Both the position numbers and the translations under genes were made by a program. Positions 11,222 to 23,045 of a DNA stretch of 32,564 bases are shown piece by piece. The stretch's first letter is position 1. Every line of letters begins with the position of its first letter. This stretch comes from Asterionella formosa (lineage: Eukaryota): the NCBI GenBank assembly GCA_002256025.1, contig NKIB01000435.1, forward strand, positions 1 to 32,564, given 5' to 3'. Under the pieces are notes generated by a model, which saw nothing but the letters and a program-made list of their open reading frames with translations, ran no database searches and had not been told where the DNA came from.

Positions 11222-12391
11222 TCAACCCCCAACACAAGAAGCTGCTTCCTCAATTTCTCTTTGAAACAAATCTTGCAATGCTTGACCTTCTAGAGCATTC
11301 TTGACTTTGAACAAAAATGACGCTGGTTTGCCATTCATAATTGCCCCCAATTGGACATGTTTTTCACTTGGTCTAGTTACTGTACACTCTTGATGCAATT
11401 GAATGTTCACCATAAGTTTAGTACCCAATGATCCAGGAGCAGTTTCTCGTCGTTGCACAATTCGGGCATGCTCTTTCTTCAGCACGCGAAGGGGGCCAAT
11501 TCCGACTTCTCGCCATTTCTTTACGGTTCCAGCTGTCGGAGTCGGCTCCTTCGTGGTTTCTTCGGATGGTTTTTTTGATTCCTCTGCATCAATTGCTTCT
11601 TCTTTAGATTCATCTGCATGCTTCTTGGTCCCATTCTTTTCTACTGCCTTTGGCTCATAATCCTTCTCCAAAGTTGGGCCTGACCCACTGCTCGGAGGAA
11701 TACTGTTCGACGCCGGAATCGGGCCATCGGACACATTCGTCGCCATAAACTCCTCTTCGTCAACGAGCTCAAATGTTTTCGCCCTAACTTCATGCACTAA
11801 CGATTCTCCTTCTTCCCCGTTAGTTACTTCCACGTCGTCTGGGAGCACCGGTTCGCCGGCAGGAGCGGGGTCAGTGGAAGTGGCAAACGCAGATGATGCG
11901 AAGCCAGATGCCGCAAGGCCTCCTCCTTCTGCCTGTTTTCCAAAGATAGATCCACCAGTGGGAGATGCTCCGAAAGCGGATGTTGAAGCAGCTGCTCCAA
12001 AGGTGCTTCCAAAGCCAGATGTTGCAGCGGTTCCAAAGCCCCCAGCCGCCGATCCAATCGCTGCCCCAAAGCCAGTAGCAGCCCCAAAGCCACTTCCGAA
12101 AACGCTTCCACCACTCTTGCTCAGAGCAGCGGCAAAGGGGTTCTTCTTGGTCTCGTCAACTTCGACTGGCGGTCGCTTGACCTTGACAATCTTCCGAGTC
12201 GCTAGTGTGGCTGCGTCTGCCTTTTCAAAGGTTCCCGTTGGTTCTGCTTCTGTCTTGTCCATCGGGTGGCCGCCGTCGTCGTTCTCTTCCTCCTCACGAT
12301 CATCCTTGGTGATTTGACGTTCTGCGGATCGCTTGTTCGTGGCAAGTGGTTCCGTCGCAGAGTCGGCGTTGTCGTTGTTTGGTTTCGGCAT
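11222..12391 (-). CDS. NUP50: Nup50/Nup2-like nucleoporin (NUP50 N-terminal motif, FG repeats, C-terminal Ran-binding domain), ~389 aa
   Basis: KRSAERQITKD and TFEKADAATLATRKIVKVKR resemble the Nup50 importin-alpha-binding N-terminus. A central xFG-repeat block follows. RanBD motifs are NGEEGESLVHEVRAKTFEL, WREVGIGPLRVLK and ARIVQRRE. The likely ATG is at 12391 (MPKPNN); upstream ORF-track residues are AT-rich and UTR-like. Confidence 0.8.
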   Translation of the reverse strand: MPKPNNDNADSATEPLATNKRSAERQITKDDREEEENDDGGHPMDKTEAEPTGTFEKADAATLATRKIVKVKRPPVEVDETKKNPFAAALSKSGGSVFGSGFGAATGFGAAIGSAAGGFGTAATSGFGSTFGAAASTSAFGASPTGGSIFGKQAEGGGLAASGFASSAFATSTDPAPAGEPVLPDDVEVTNGEEGESLVHEVRAKTFELVDEEEFMATNVSDGPIPASNSIPPSSGSGPTLEKDYEPKAVEKNGTKKHADESKEEAIDAEESKKPSEETTKEPTPTAGTVKKWREVGIGPLRVLKKEHARIVQRRETAPGSLGTKLMVNIQLHQECTVTRPSEKHVQLGAIMNGKPASFLFKVKNALEGQALQDLFQREIEEAASCVGG

Positions 12392-12751
12392 GGTCGTTTG
12401 GTATTTTGTACACACGCTATATAAAGTATTCAGAATACCGGTATTAAAATACATTCTGGTATTATACTGTAAAAAAACCAAGCAAATAATAACAAGTACA
12501 GGTGCGTATACTCTAGCTGTACAAAATTAGTCCACATTACATATTTTGCACTCCTACCTGGTACCTGGTAGTAAAATACACACCAAGATCGCCTACCGTA
12601 CAAACGTAGCAATAATACCATGAATTGGTTGCGCACGACCAAGCCATCATACTGAGGGTAGATCATAATAAATACCTGGAGTACCAGGTACCGGTAGACC
12701 CTACCCTACAGAGTTGTGTATAGGGGTAGCAGGTACCAGTACCCTGATCAC

Positions 12752-12798
12752 CCTGGTACCTGGTACCTGGTACCTGGTACCAGGTACCAGTACCGGTA
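12752..12798. repeat. (CCTGGTA)4 heptamer array switching to CCAGGTA and containing a perfect 24-bp palindrome
   Basis: The sequence reads cctggta x4 (12752-12779) then ccaggta ccagta ccggta. 12767-12790 (ctggtacctggtaccaggtaccag) is its own reverse complement. Confidence 0.85.
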
Positions 12799-12851
12799 TC
12801 ATAATCATATCAAAATCGTTCGATCATGATCACATAAATATTGTGTGAGCG

Positions 12852-13928
12852 ATGGACACCGACAAACTCACTAATGACAGTACCGGTACTACCAACTGGT
12901 TTACTACCATCCCGATTCATTTACGTATCTCGACAACAGCATCGTCAGGTCGAGGCCTGTATGTAGCCCCCAACTGCCGATTGCAACGCGGACAAGTAGC
13001 ACTGTCGACATGTCCCACTGCGGTTTGCATTTCTGCTCGACACTCTAACTTCACCTGTGCGTGCTGTCTGAGTCGGAATGCATCTCCAGAGTTCCCAGAG
13101 GAGCCTGTTCCTTGCAAGTTGCGCTGTCGCATTTGCAAGAGTGCAAGCTGGTGCTCGAAAGCATGCAAAACTCAATCCAAGGCAAGACATGCGGTCGAAT
13201 GTCCTTTATTGGCGAGATTGGCACACACCACCAATCGGCACATTAAGCGGGAGGAACGGGAGCATATTGTTATTTTGGCAAGCACTCTGGCTAGTTTGGG
13301 CAGTGGAAGTGACGTGAATGGCAGCTCACAGAGAACAAACACGGAGGGGGAACGTATGTGGCTGCAAGAGATACATTCGCTGGTGGAACAAGACTGGGGA
13401 AAGCCTGGTTCCAAGAAATGTCGGCGTGTTATGCAAGATGCAGCCACGAAAGTACATTCATGGGGTGGAGCAGAGATGAACTGTCCTTGCGCTATGCATC
13501 TGCAGCATGCACTACGAACTGGACCCATGAATGACGTGGGTCTTTGGGATGAACGAGGAGAATCAATTGGCCGCTGTGTGGCTCCAATATTTGCTTTGAC
13601 CAACCATTCGTGTCTACCCAACTGTGCCCAAATCATATCTAATGGAAATGTCCAACTGATTGCTCTGTGTGACATTGAGTCTGGAGAAGAACTCACTCAC
13701 TCGTATGTTAATCTGAATGTATGTGATCGTGAGCAAACGATGCTGCGGTCCTGGCAGTTCAAGTGCCGCTGCATTCGATGCCACACGCCATTATCGCCGC
13801 TTGTTTCGACATTTGACACAAAGCACTTGTGCCGGTGCGGAGGAGTGGTTTTGGAGCGAAGATATGTCGATCCGAACAAGACACCACGAGAGGAGGAGTG
13901 TCAATGTAATATGCTGCAGATGTTATAA
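12852..13928 (+). CDS. SET and MYND domain (SMYD-like) lysine methyltransferase, 358 aa
   Basis: Split SET domain: GRGLYV, then a MYND zinc finger (CACC...CRICKSASWCSKACK...HAVEC), then ALTNHSCLPN and GEELTHSY. A post-SET motif follows (WQFKCRCIRC). Confidence 0.88.
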   Translation: MDTDKLTNDSTGTTNWFTTIPIHLRISTTASSGRGLYVAPNCRLQRGQVALSTCPTAVCISARHSNFTCACCLSRNASPEFPEEPVPCKLRCRICKSASWCSKACKTQSKARHAVECPLLARLAHTTNRHIKREEREHIVILASTLASLGSGSDVNGSSQRTNTEGERMWLQEIHSLVEQDWGKPGSKKCRRVMQDAATKVHSWGGAEMNCPCAMHLQHALRTGPMNDVGLWDERGESIGRCVAPIFALTNHSCLPNCAQIISNGNVQLIALCDIESGEELTHSYVNLNVCDREQTMLRSWQFKCRCIRCHTPLSPLVSTFDTKHLCRCGGVVLERRYVDPNKTPREEECQCNMLQML

Positions 13929-14177
13929 GAATGACGGCTAATATATTATGGGGGTTTCGAATTGAACGATTACATGGACACCAATGTGTGAGGTTTCCAA
14001 TTTGAAAACAATCCTCAAATTACGCTACTGTATTGTTACTCCATGTGATGTCTAGCATTGAACATGTCTCAACCATCCGAGTTTTTATTTAGCAAGTTGA
14101 TGTTCGGAGTGCTTGCTGATCAGTCACAAAGGTGACCTTTGCAAGGCTTAACAAGAGCAATGAGGAAGGAAGAGATG

Positions 14178-14948
14178 TCACTCAAATTGAGTTAGATCGA
14201 AAAAATCCCGTCGTTCCTCCTTTATACCTCCAAAAGCTACCCGTGTGATGATTTGAGTTGGTTTAGGAAATAGTTTGTGCTTGTGAGTTCGATTACGCAT
14301 CTTTCTTGGAAATTGATTGCACCAAAATGGAGGCCTCGCCAGAACACCAGCATGGATAAGCCCATGAACAGTGCAGTAATTTAGGGTCATTGTCATGAGC
14401 AAGTGTCCGCAAGAAGTTGTGGTCGCTCGACAAGGGAACTCTTTCGTCACGATACGGTCATGACCTTCTTCAGACCTGACAGCTCCCTTCTTGCATCCAG
14501 CCTCCAGAGGAAGTTCGATTTGACCCCCCTTCCATTTGTTGCCGTGGAACTGAGATTTCTCGTGCAAGTGGCCATGGTGAATAATGCATTCAAAAATTTG
14601 AACTGTAACATTACCGATCTGAGAAGTACCTGCAGTGTTTCCATTGCCCGTCCCTTTCGTTTTGGCAAAACGAAGGGCCCTGGTACAGTTGAATCCATCG
14701 TTGACAGACCAAAGGCCACAAAGACATTCCGTACTCTGATGCATCATGTTGATTGAGTATCCCAAACATTCATCGTCAACGAACAGGCGCATTGTTACTG
14801 CTCTTGGAAACATGCTGCTGATCTTGATGTAGTAGTCAACGTCAGGCTCCACTTCAGCAAAGGTTTCCCCTTTTGGTCCGGTATGTTCCTTGAACGGTCG
14901 CTTTGTATCGACGGCAATGAGCTCCAAGCTAAATCCTAATTCCCTCAT
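14178..14948 (-). CDS. Hypothetical protein, 256 aa, globular and beta-rich in appearance
   Basis: ATG-initiated ORF with ordinary protein composition (FSLELIAVD...PFKEH...FAEVEPDVDYYIKI...MRLFVDD; IGNVTVQIFE). No function assignable. Confidence 0.7.
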   Translation of the reverse strand: MRELGFSLELIAVDTKRPFKEHTGPKGETFAEVEPDVDYYIKISSMFPRAVTMRLFVDDECLGYSINMMHQSTECLCGLWSVNDGFNCTRALRFAKTKGTGNGNTAGTSQIGNVTVQIFECIIHHGHLHEKSQFHGNKWKGGQIELPLEAGCKKGAVRSEEGHDRIVTKEFPCRATTTSCGHLLMTMTLNYCTVHGLIHAGVLARPPFWCNQFPRKMRNRTHKHKLFPKPTQIITRVAFGGIKEERRDFFDLTQFE

Positions 14949-16046
14949 GATGGCTTTTGTGTAGTCACTGGAAGGGCATTTTAGTTGCGTCTCCTCGCTT
15001 GTGTAAAAACTGACGAATCATTTGCTCGCATACGAACCACGGCTGATGGGAGAAAATGTCCATATAAAGGAGTCCCATACATAAGTAATGTTAAAAGAGG
15101 CATTATCATAGGGACTTGAATTTAATACCGTTCGCGTTGACGATGGGAGGGGCATACAGGCATGCTGTGACATCAGTAATATAAACTTTATGATGATCTT
15201 ATTTAAAAGGTGATCAAAGCAGATTGAGAATGTCTACCTTGTACCAGGTACGAGGTACGGTACCAGGGTGCCTGGTGACCGGTAGTGCTTGCGATTCTCC
15301 CTCCTACATATAAGTAGCGCAACCCTAGAATGACCGCGATCAAGCCGCTCGCGTTTGCATTCTTGGTATATTCTTCTTATTTTAATTAATTTAATTACCC
15401 GTACTCTGAGTATATGTATGTATGGTTGTCATACGTTTTCACATCTGAGGCTTACTATTCTTTTAATATTTTTTAAAATATGCAAGGAGTGATCAACCAA
15501 GTACATTCCTTCATGATAGGGTCATTTTGCTTCACCTTGTCCTTGAACTCTTAAACTATGCATGTTAAACACAGACCCAACATAGGTTGAACAACACACA
15601 TGTCACCTGCTTCTTGTATTGCATGCACATTCAAGGCATGCGGAAATAGTAGGAAAAGGGGGCGAAAGTCCCAACCACTTTCCTCTCAAAATAAATGTCG
15701 AGTACATGTTTTTCCAAACCAAATGATAAACAAGTGTAATTGTACCATGAACATCAATTGGCTTTGTTGCAGGCGTAATTCTCCACCTAAGCTTTTGTTA
15801 TACTCTAAAATGTATTCATTTACCTGTTCTATGGTATTGCTTGGGAGATTAGGGCAGCCAAGCCAAATGCAATTTGAAGCTAAGAGAAACGTAAAAATAA
15901 AAAAATTCATACCCTTTGCATAGAAATTGACCAATAACATGAGCTATATCATTACAAGTTGCTCTTTAATGGGTTGTATGCATGCAGGTACACATAGTCA
16001 TGTCAACATCATGTCATTAGCACAAGCACCTTCTCCAAAATGGCAC

Positions 16047-17191
16047 TTATGATTCAACTGGGGCAGGGACAAAGAAATCATTGATGGTATCAGAGTAAAA
16101 ATCAGGAGTAATGCTATTCTCTGGCGACAAGAGCTTCGATTCCGAGGTAACACCAGACAAGACTAACAAGGATTGGAGTCCGTTGTCAGTTCCAAACAAA
16201 ACGTCAGTATCCAAGCGATCACCAACCATGCAAATACGAGATCTTTCCAATCCCAATTTGTCGCAAAGGTAATCAATCATCAATGGACTTGGTTTTCCAA
16301 CAACCGTAGGCTCTTTTCCGGTGCATCCCTTGATGGCCCCCACCATACTTCCATTCCCAGCCCACTCCTGTGCATCTGTCAAGTGTGTGACAGCGTCCAA
16401 ATTGGTGGCAATAAACTCACATCCAGGAATTTCGTTGATACACAGTTGCGCATATTGAATCTTGTAGTAGTTGATCGTTCGGTCAAAGCCAACAATAACG
16501 GCACCAACATCATGGTCGTGTTCCATGAAATCGCCAGGCCCCATGTTGGGCTGCTTGCCAGCATCAGCCGGTCCTCCAATATAGGGAACATTTATCAAGT
16601 CGAGTTCTTCGCAAATTCCTACTTCACCAATGACGTAGACTTTTTTCCCAGTCTCTTTGAATTTGGTTTGTTCCAAATAGGCGGCGGCGGCAAAGGAACT
16701 GCTGAAGATTTCCTCAGCAGGAATGTCCAAGCCCAGAGAATCGAACTTTTTCTTGTAACCTGCTCGGGACTTGGTTGAGTTGTTTGTGACGAAGTACATC
16801 TTTTTACCAGCCGCTCGGAGTCTGGCAAGGGTTTCTGGGATTCCGTCAATGAGCGAGTCTCCCTGAAGGAAAAAACAATGGTGAGCCGTGAGAACTTAAC
16901 CACGACAAGTTATTTAGGTTCCTTGTTCTTGATGGAATGATTCAGCAGTTCAACATACAGTAGACATAATTTGAGGGCACGTACTCTCCAGATGACGCCA
17001 TCGCAATCAAAGATAAAGACATCGATTCCGTCAAGAAACTTGTCAGGCTCAGTAAGTTTCAACACGTTGGCCTTCAAGGCGGTAGAAATGTGACGGGCGA
17101 TTCCACTACGAGCAAAGGCCGTAGGTTGAACGCCAAATGCAACAGCCCGGGTAGCAAGGAGCGAAGTTACAGCAACGGAAAGGAACTTCAT
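16047..17191 (-). CDS. PGP: Phosphoglycolate phosphatase (HAD IIA family), plastid-targeted, 2 exons, ~340 aa
   Basis: HAD motifs FIFDCDGVIW, FVTNNSTKSR, GKPSP and MVGDRLDTDVLFG. Exon 1 is 17191-16985, the intron is 16984-16863 (GTACGT...TTCAG, 122 nt) and exon 2 is 16862-16047, joining ...VIWR|GDSLIDG... The N-terminus MKFLSVAVTSLLATRAVA-FGVQP is a signal peptide followed by a Phe-initiated transit peptide (ASAFAP type). Confidence 0.93.
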
Positions 17192-17299
17192 GGTGCAACG
17201 TGATGAGCTTGTAGTGCGGAGAACAAAATGATGAAACTCATGGGACGACGTCGGAGAGAAGCGAAATAGAACGCACAGATCTCGTTAAATTGCTACCGA

Positions 17300-17322
17300 T
17301 GACGTCTCGTCATCTCTGACGT
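17300..17322. promoter_or_regulatory. Pair of TGACGT (CCRE/CRE-like) motifs about 110-130 bp upstream of the PGP start codon
   Basis: TGACGT occurs at 17300-17305 and 17317-17322. TGACGT/ACGTCA/TGACGC are the described CO2/cAMP-responsive elements of diatom carbon-concentrating and photorespiratory genes. Function here is inferred. Confidence 0.5.
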
Positions 17323-18204
17323 ATACGCACCCAGCGATTTCAAGACGGGCACTGAAATCGGACCTACTGACAAGAATACGATGCCTGTGATGATGGTGCA
17401 TGCTTGTTGGGAACTCTAGATCTTAAGAAATATACAGGTTTACGCGTACAAGACATTTGTTCATATGTGGATACCGGTATGTTGTTAAATGTATAGTAAA
17501 GACCATATCGGTAGACAATTTACCGGCATCAGTTGCTTAGCAGTCTACTGGTATTAGAGTACCAGGTACCGGCAGGTAAGTTCTTCATGTAATTGTGCTG
17601 AATAAAAGGTTAGCTTTCTTTATCCTATATTACCGGTAAATGAGCACGGCTTGCTGGTACATATGTGTCGATGGGCAATGAAATCTCATTCAGCCATGAT
17701 GGCTGATAGACAAGTAGCAACGATTCATTTTGATTTACTTTGATGACTAATACGTGGGTATCATCGGGTACAGGAAGATCTGGTAGAAGCGCTTTAATGT
17801 ATAGGTCGTTATAGATAATCTACCGGTAGTGTATAATGCCGGTAATGCACATTCCTTTCAAGTTTCTTGTGTTCTTGCATGGTACATATAATGACATAAA
17901 GATGGCGATTGAAGGTGCACGTTTGTATGACCGCTTGTTTGCTTCGTATCATGCAAGTGACGCCGCTAGGTCTCTAGAATTCAGTCCCCGGATACGAGGG
18001 TGTTGCTAGTTCTGTGAATCTTGACACCGTTGTTCGCGTTCCCAAAAAATTGACGCGATGATGTTCTTTGGTAGGAAAGGAAGCGGAACTGACAAACGAG
18101 AACTCTAGAAAAATACCACTGATGTAGATTGACATCGCTCCTTTCCTGAAGATCACAAAATACAAACGCAACACAACATAACAAGAGCAACTAATATTTT
18201 CACC

Positions 18205-20309
18205 ATGATTCAACTAGCTCCCTTAGCCATTCCACTCCTTTCTAACATCAACTTCGTCCCTCTATGGATAATCCTCCCCTTTGTCTTCGTTGTTCCCTTT
18301 TTCTTATGGTTGACAACTTGGCCGGGCAACAAGAAACACAGCACTCCCATACGTGCCAGTACCTTCCGCCCAGACGCTGTGCCTGTGAACGTTGATACCA
18401 TCGTTGTTGGCTCTGGGTCAGGTGGATGTGCATGTGCCAATCTTTTGGCCCAGTCTGGTCAACGAGTTCTCCTACTGGAGCAGCATCCCGATCGAACAGG
18501 AGGTTGCACACATTCTTTCCGAGAGAATGGGTGTGAGTGGGACACTGGTCTTCACTATACGTCCAAGGCAATGAGTGACAAAACTTGTCGGCCAGGTGCT
18601 ATTATGGATTTCATGACTCAAGGAAAGCAAGAATGGCGTCGCTTGGATGATCCCTACGACGAAGTTGTCTTTCCACAAGATGATCAAGTCAAGCAAGGTT
18701 TGCCGAACAAGCAATCATATCCTTTTGTCAGTGGCATGAACCATACCGTGGAGGGTATCATGGCCAACATTGATCCGATGAATGAAGAGTTGAAAAAGAG
18801 GTGTGTTTTGTAGTTGCGCAACTAATATTTGCATGGTATTGTGAGATGTAGTTCACCGTGCTAATGTTTCCTTCATCTTGAAGAGTTTACGCGTACATGA
18901 ATGTGTGCGAGGAAGTCAATGCAGGTTTTACGGCCTTGGGGATTTCTCGCGTCCTACCCTCATGGCTACAATTTCTCGTCAAGAAACGAGTTGATCGCTT
19001 GATGACCATCGCTAGCATGACTGTACGAAACGTACAGTATGCTATTTTCAACCTTGGCTACTCTTCGGAGCAGCTCATCAACGAAGGGTGTCCCGAAGCT
19101 CCCGATGGGCCTGAACCTGACCTTGCTATTCGTCGCCTCAAGGCTGTCTTGACGCATCCTATTGGAGATTATGCTGTCCAACCCAGAGATGCCACCATGG
19201 CAGCTCATGGAGTAACTATGTCTCATTACCGAGACGGTGCTGCCTACACAGTTGGAGCCACCCAGAACATTTCAATTCGCAGTTCAAGCATGGTCCGTGA
19301 GTTTGGTGGCGAAGTCCTTGTCGATTGTACGGTTAGAGAAATAATCATTGAAAATGGCCGCGCAGTTGGAGTCCGTGTCAGCAACACATCGACTTTGGCC
19401 AAGTGTGAGTCAGATGGGGGCATAGTATCTGTGCCTGTCACAGAGATTCGAGCCAAGAACATTGTCTGGGCATCAGGAATCTACAACCTCTACACAAAGA
19501 TACTGCCACAGGATCTACAGATAGTCAAGGACTTCAATGACCCTTCCAAGCGAACTGTGCGCCAAAGCAATGGCCACGTTTTTCTCTTTTGCAAACTTCG
19601 AGGTGATGCAACTGAACTTGGTCTACCTACTCACAACCTTTGGTACTTCAACGGATACAACCTTGATGAAGCATTTGATGATTATTTTGCTAATCCCAGG
19701 GAGGTCCGTCCACCAACATGCTACATTGGGTTTCCATGCACTAAGGATTCTACCTGGAAGAAACGTTTTCCAGGAGTGAGTAATTGTGTCCTCATTTCCG
19801 ATGGGCTTTGGGAGTGGTTTCAGGAGTGGGCAGACAAGCCAGTGCATAACCGTGGTGAACGCTATGAGGAATTCAAAATCCAACTCAGCAAGCACCTACT
19901 TGATATTCTATACGAGACAGTTCCACAAGCCAAGGGTAAAGTGGAATTCCATATGCTTGGTACTCCCTTGTCAGAAACAACTTACCTGTCATCCTTCCAT
20001 GGTGGCTCTTATGGTACCAAATGCACGACATCTATGTTTGACGCCATAAACAGAAAGTGGACTACAACTCCACACACTGCTATTCCTGGTCTCTATCTTG
20101 CTGGTTCTGATGCTTACCTTCCTGCAGTTTGTGGTGCCATGTATGGTGGTTGCTTTGGTGCCAGTGCTGTCCTTGGACATCTTGGCACTTTGCGTCTCAC
20201 TGCTGCTGTCCTTGGTCACCTTGCAACAACTCTTAAAGAAGAGAACCCAAAAATGTCCTGGCCTAGTGCATATCTTTTGGCAATGAATAGGTTTGTGAGT
20301 GATGACTGA
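18205..20309 (+). CDS. FAD-dependent oxidoreductase of the retinol saturase / phytoene desaturase / CRTISO family, 2 exons, ~673 aa
   Basis: N-terminal hydrophobic anchor, dinucleotide-binding motif DTIVVGSGSGG...LAQSGQRVLLLEQH...GGCTHSFRENGCEWDTGLHY, and C-terminal TPHTAIPGLYLAGSD. Exon 1 is 18205-18800, the intron is 18801-18883 (GTGTGT...ctaat...AAG, 83 nt) and exon 2 is 18884-20309, joining ...LKKR|VYAYMNV... Confidence 0.87.
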
Positions 20310-21152
20310 GCAAGGAAATGACATTCACTATCAGTTCCATACAAATAGCCATGATTAATATATCAATGTATTCAATCTTGTATCCTTGTAATATAAAATG
20401 ATGAGAAGCATTTGATAAATTGGCTCATTAACCACCACTTTTGAAAATAACAACTATGCATACACAGAGGCAAGTTGGTTGGAAGCAGGTTTTCATATTG
20501 TGCAAAACTGTCACTGGAGTTGTTACAACCTCATAGCAGGTCTGTACATGCAGGTTGCTGTGCAAATAATAGCAGCTTCTGCAAATGATGCAATGTATTT
20601 ATAATATGGTCTAGTGACTGCTGTATACTAAGGTTATTCCAGAACTGTCTGTGAATTTCTGCAGGAAGAGGAATCGTAGATTTCCCAAGGAAACAAGAAC
20701 TATGGACCCTATTTTCCCTTGTCTGGTGTCATATAAGCTTTCGATAACAAGCCAACCAGAGTGAGGCTTTGCAGAGCAACTGGTGCTCTCGATATACCAA
20801 TTCAGCACGAAACATGAACGATATAATCACTACTTGATAACCTTTTGTAAACTTCCTCCGCATGGAACCTAGGAAATGAGGACATGTTCGTTGTTTGATG
20901 AATACCGAAGAGGCAAACCAACATCACTAATGAATCCAAAACAAACATAGGGGGAAACTAACCGTGCATGAGAATCCAATAGTATTGCAATTGGTTTCTA
21001 TTAAAACCTAACTCCTTTTTGGTAGTCTATCAATTCCAGAATCTATAACTCTCTCAGTAATCGGTTGAGCAAGTAAACAAACTCGATGTGACATGCCCTC
21101 AGTGGCTACCCGTCATTGTTTTGCACCGGTGTTCCTGTTACCCGTCATTGCC

Positions 21153-23045
21153 CTAGTAACCTTGCTCGCGCTGCCTTGGAGCACACTTAATAATGTCATC
21201 CACACGCAAAATCATCTCCGCTGCTTCAGATGCACTCAACAAAACCATCAACTTTGACTTGTAGGACTCCATGACACCCAACTCCGTCATGCACGCAACA
21301 CTTCCATTGTACATGTCCAATCCATACGTTGACTTGCCTTGTGCATGTGCCGCCCTCAGCTGAGTGACAAGTTCCGCGCTGTCATATCCCCCATTGTCGG
21401 CGACAATGGCAGGTAACTGACGCAGGGCCTTGGCAAAGGCCGACATGGCCAGGGCTTTCTTGCCCGGTGTTTCTTCTGCGGCCCGGTCGACTGCTTGGGC
21501 CATTAGAATTTCCGTACAGCCTCCTCCAAGAATTGTCCGTGGCTCCTTGACAGTTGATGCCAAGATGCAAAGGGCATCGTGCAAGGAACGTTCGGCTTCG
21601 TCTAAGACATGACTGGAGGCACCCCGCAGGACGATTGTACACGCTTCGCCGCTTTTGCAGCCGCTAAATCTCAAAACTTTAGATTCTCCAATCATGATTT
21701 CTTCGATGACCTTGCACTCCCCAAGGGTTACAAGTTCAGGATGATCAAATGTAGAAGCGACTTCTCCGCCTGTGACTGCAGCCAAACGTTCAACTCCATC
21801 AAAGTCTGCATGTTCAATGGCCATGATTCCTTTCGCAGCAAAGAGTGATTCAGGAAAGTTGTAAATTAGTTGGCGGTTGATAAAGACGTTGCATCCATGA
21901 GCCATGATCTTTTCGCACTTGTTGCGCATTTTGTCCTACAGTGTTGGCAATGAGTAAGCAAGTGTACGCGAGAGCAAAATGGAATTACCCACCACGCAGG
22001 TAAAAACACACCTTTTCGGCCATTTCAATCTCCGCCACTTTGTTCATGCTATCAACCTTGACGCGACTCCCGTAAATCTTAATCTTGTCCGTGTCCATGC
22101 TGGTGTTGGCAATCAAGATCTTGCAATCCCTCATGACCTTTGGTTGTCCCACCCCAATGGTCTTGTCTAACAAAAATCCCTCTTCTAAGTACGAATCCCT
22201 CAAACTTCCGCCCGCTTTCTTCATAACTTGCACATGATCTAGATCTTTTCCATTCAATCTCAAGACAGCATCCACAGCTAATTTAGCAAAGTGCTCTTTT
22301 TCATGCGTCAAAAGTTTCGATGATAACGTGGTTTGTGCAATCTGAATCAAGTCGGCACGAAACGCCTCTGGATCATTGCTGTGATCGACTGTGGATGCTT
22401 CGAGGGCGTCGCGTGCTGTTTGGCGGGCAATCCTCCAACCAGCAGCAATGGTTTGTGGATGAATACGTTGTGCTACTAATTGTTCGGCTTCCCTCCTGTC
22501 CAAAATTTCATCCGTTAGAATTCCATTGACTGACAGCACATAGAATAGGAGAAACACAAAAAGACTCACAACAACTCTCCGCACAACACAGCAACACTGG
22601 TAGTTCCATCTCCCACTTCATCGTCCTGCACCTTTGCAATATCCACCAACACTTTAGCAGCTGCATTGTCAATATGTACTGACTTGAGAATAGTAGCTCC
22701 GTCATTGGTGACTGAAATGCCCATGTTGCTCCCTGGGCTGACGCTTTGTAGAATCTTGTCCATTCCTTTGGGTCCCAACGTCGTCTTCACAAGGTCTGCA
22801 ATGGCAATGGCACCAACGAAGGAAGAGAGGCGAGCATTTTCTCCCTTCAAAACAAGCAGCGGTTCTAGTTAGTACATTGTTCGTGGAAAGGTTCCTCGGA
22901 GCATCTTTTTCTTTTCTATCTTCCATTCCATTTTATTCCCCGTTGTGTCATTCGTTGTTGACCTGCTGCTGATTATCACTGTGATTACAATATTATCACG
23001 TACCTTGTCGACACTCGTGCCTTGGTTCATAAATGCCGTCTCCAT
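21153..23045 (-). CDS. CCT2: T-complex protein 1 subunit beta (CCT chaperonin), 4 exons, ~527 aa
   Basis: Motifs [63 protein letters not shown] and [13 protein letters not shown]. Exons are 23045-23004, 22844-22570, 22495-22012 and 21935-21153. The three GT-AG introns (159, 74 and 76 nt) all preserve frame. Confidence 0.95.

Noticed and set aside
11403..16778. Long antisense ORFs (11874-12317, 13172-13696, 14403-14756, 16173-16778)
   Set aside because: These are shadows on the opposite strand of well-supported genes and have no motifs of their own.
21106..21150. 12-bp direct repeat tacccgtcattg just downstream of the CCT2 stop
   Set aside because: Only two short copies with no element structure, probably a small local duplication.
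18801..22847. GTGTGT donors and AAG acceptors as non-canonical or minor-class introns
   Set aside because: All are GT-AG with plausible branch points and no U12 consensus, so they fall within normal variation.
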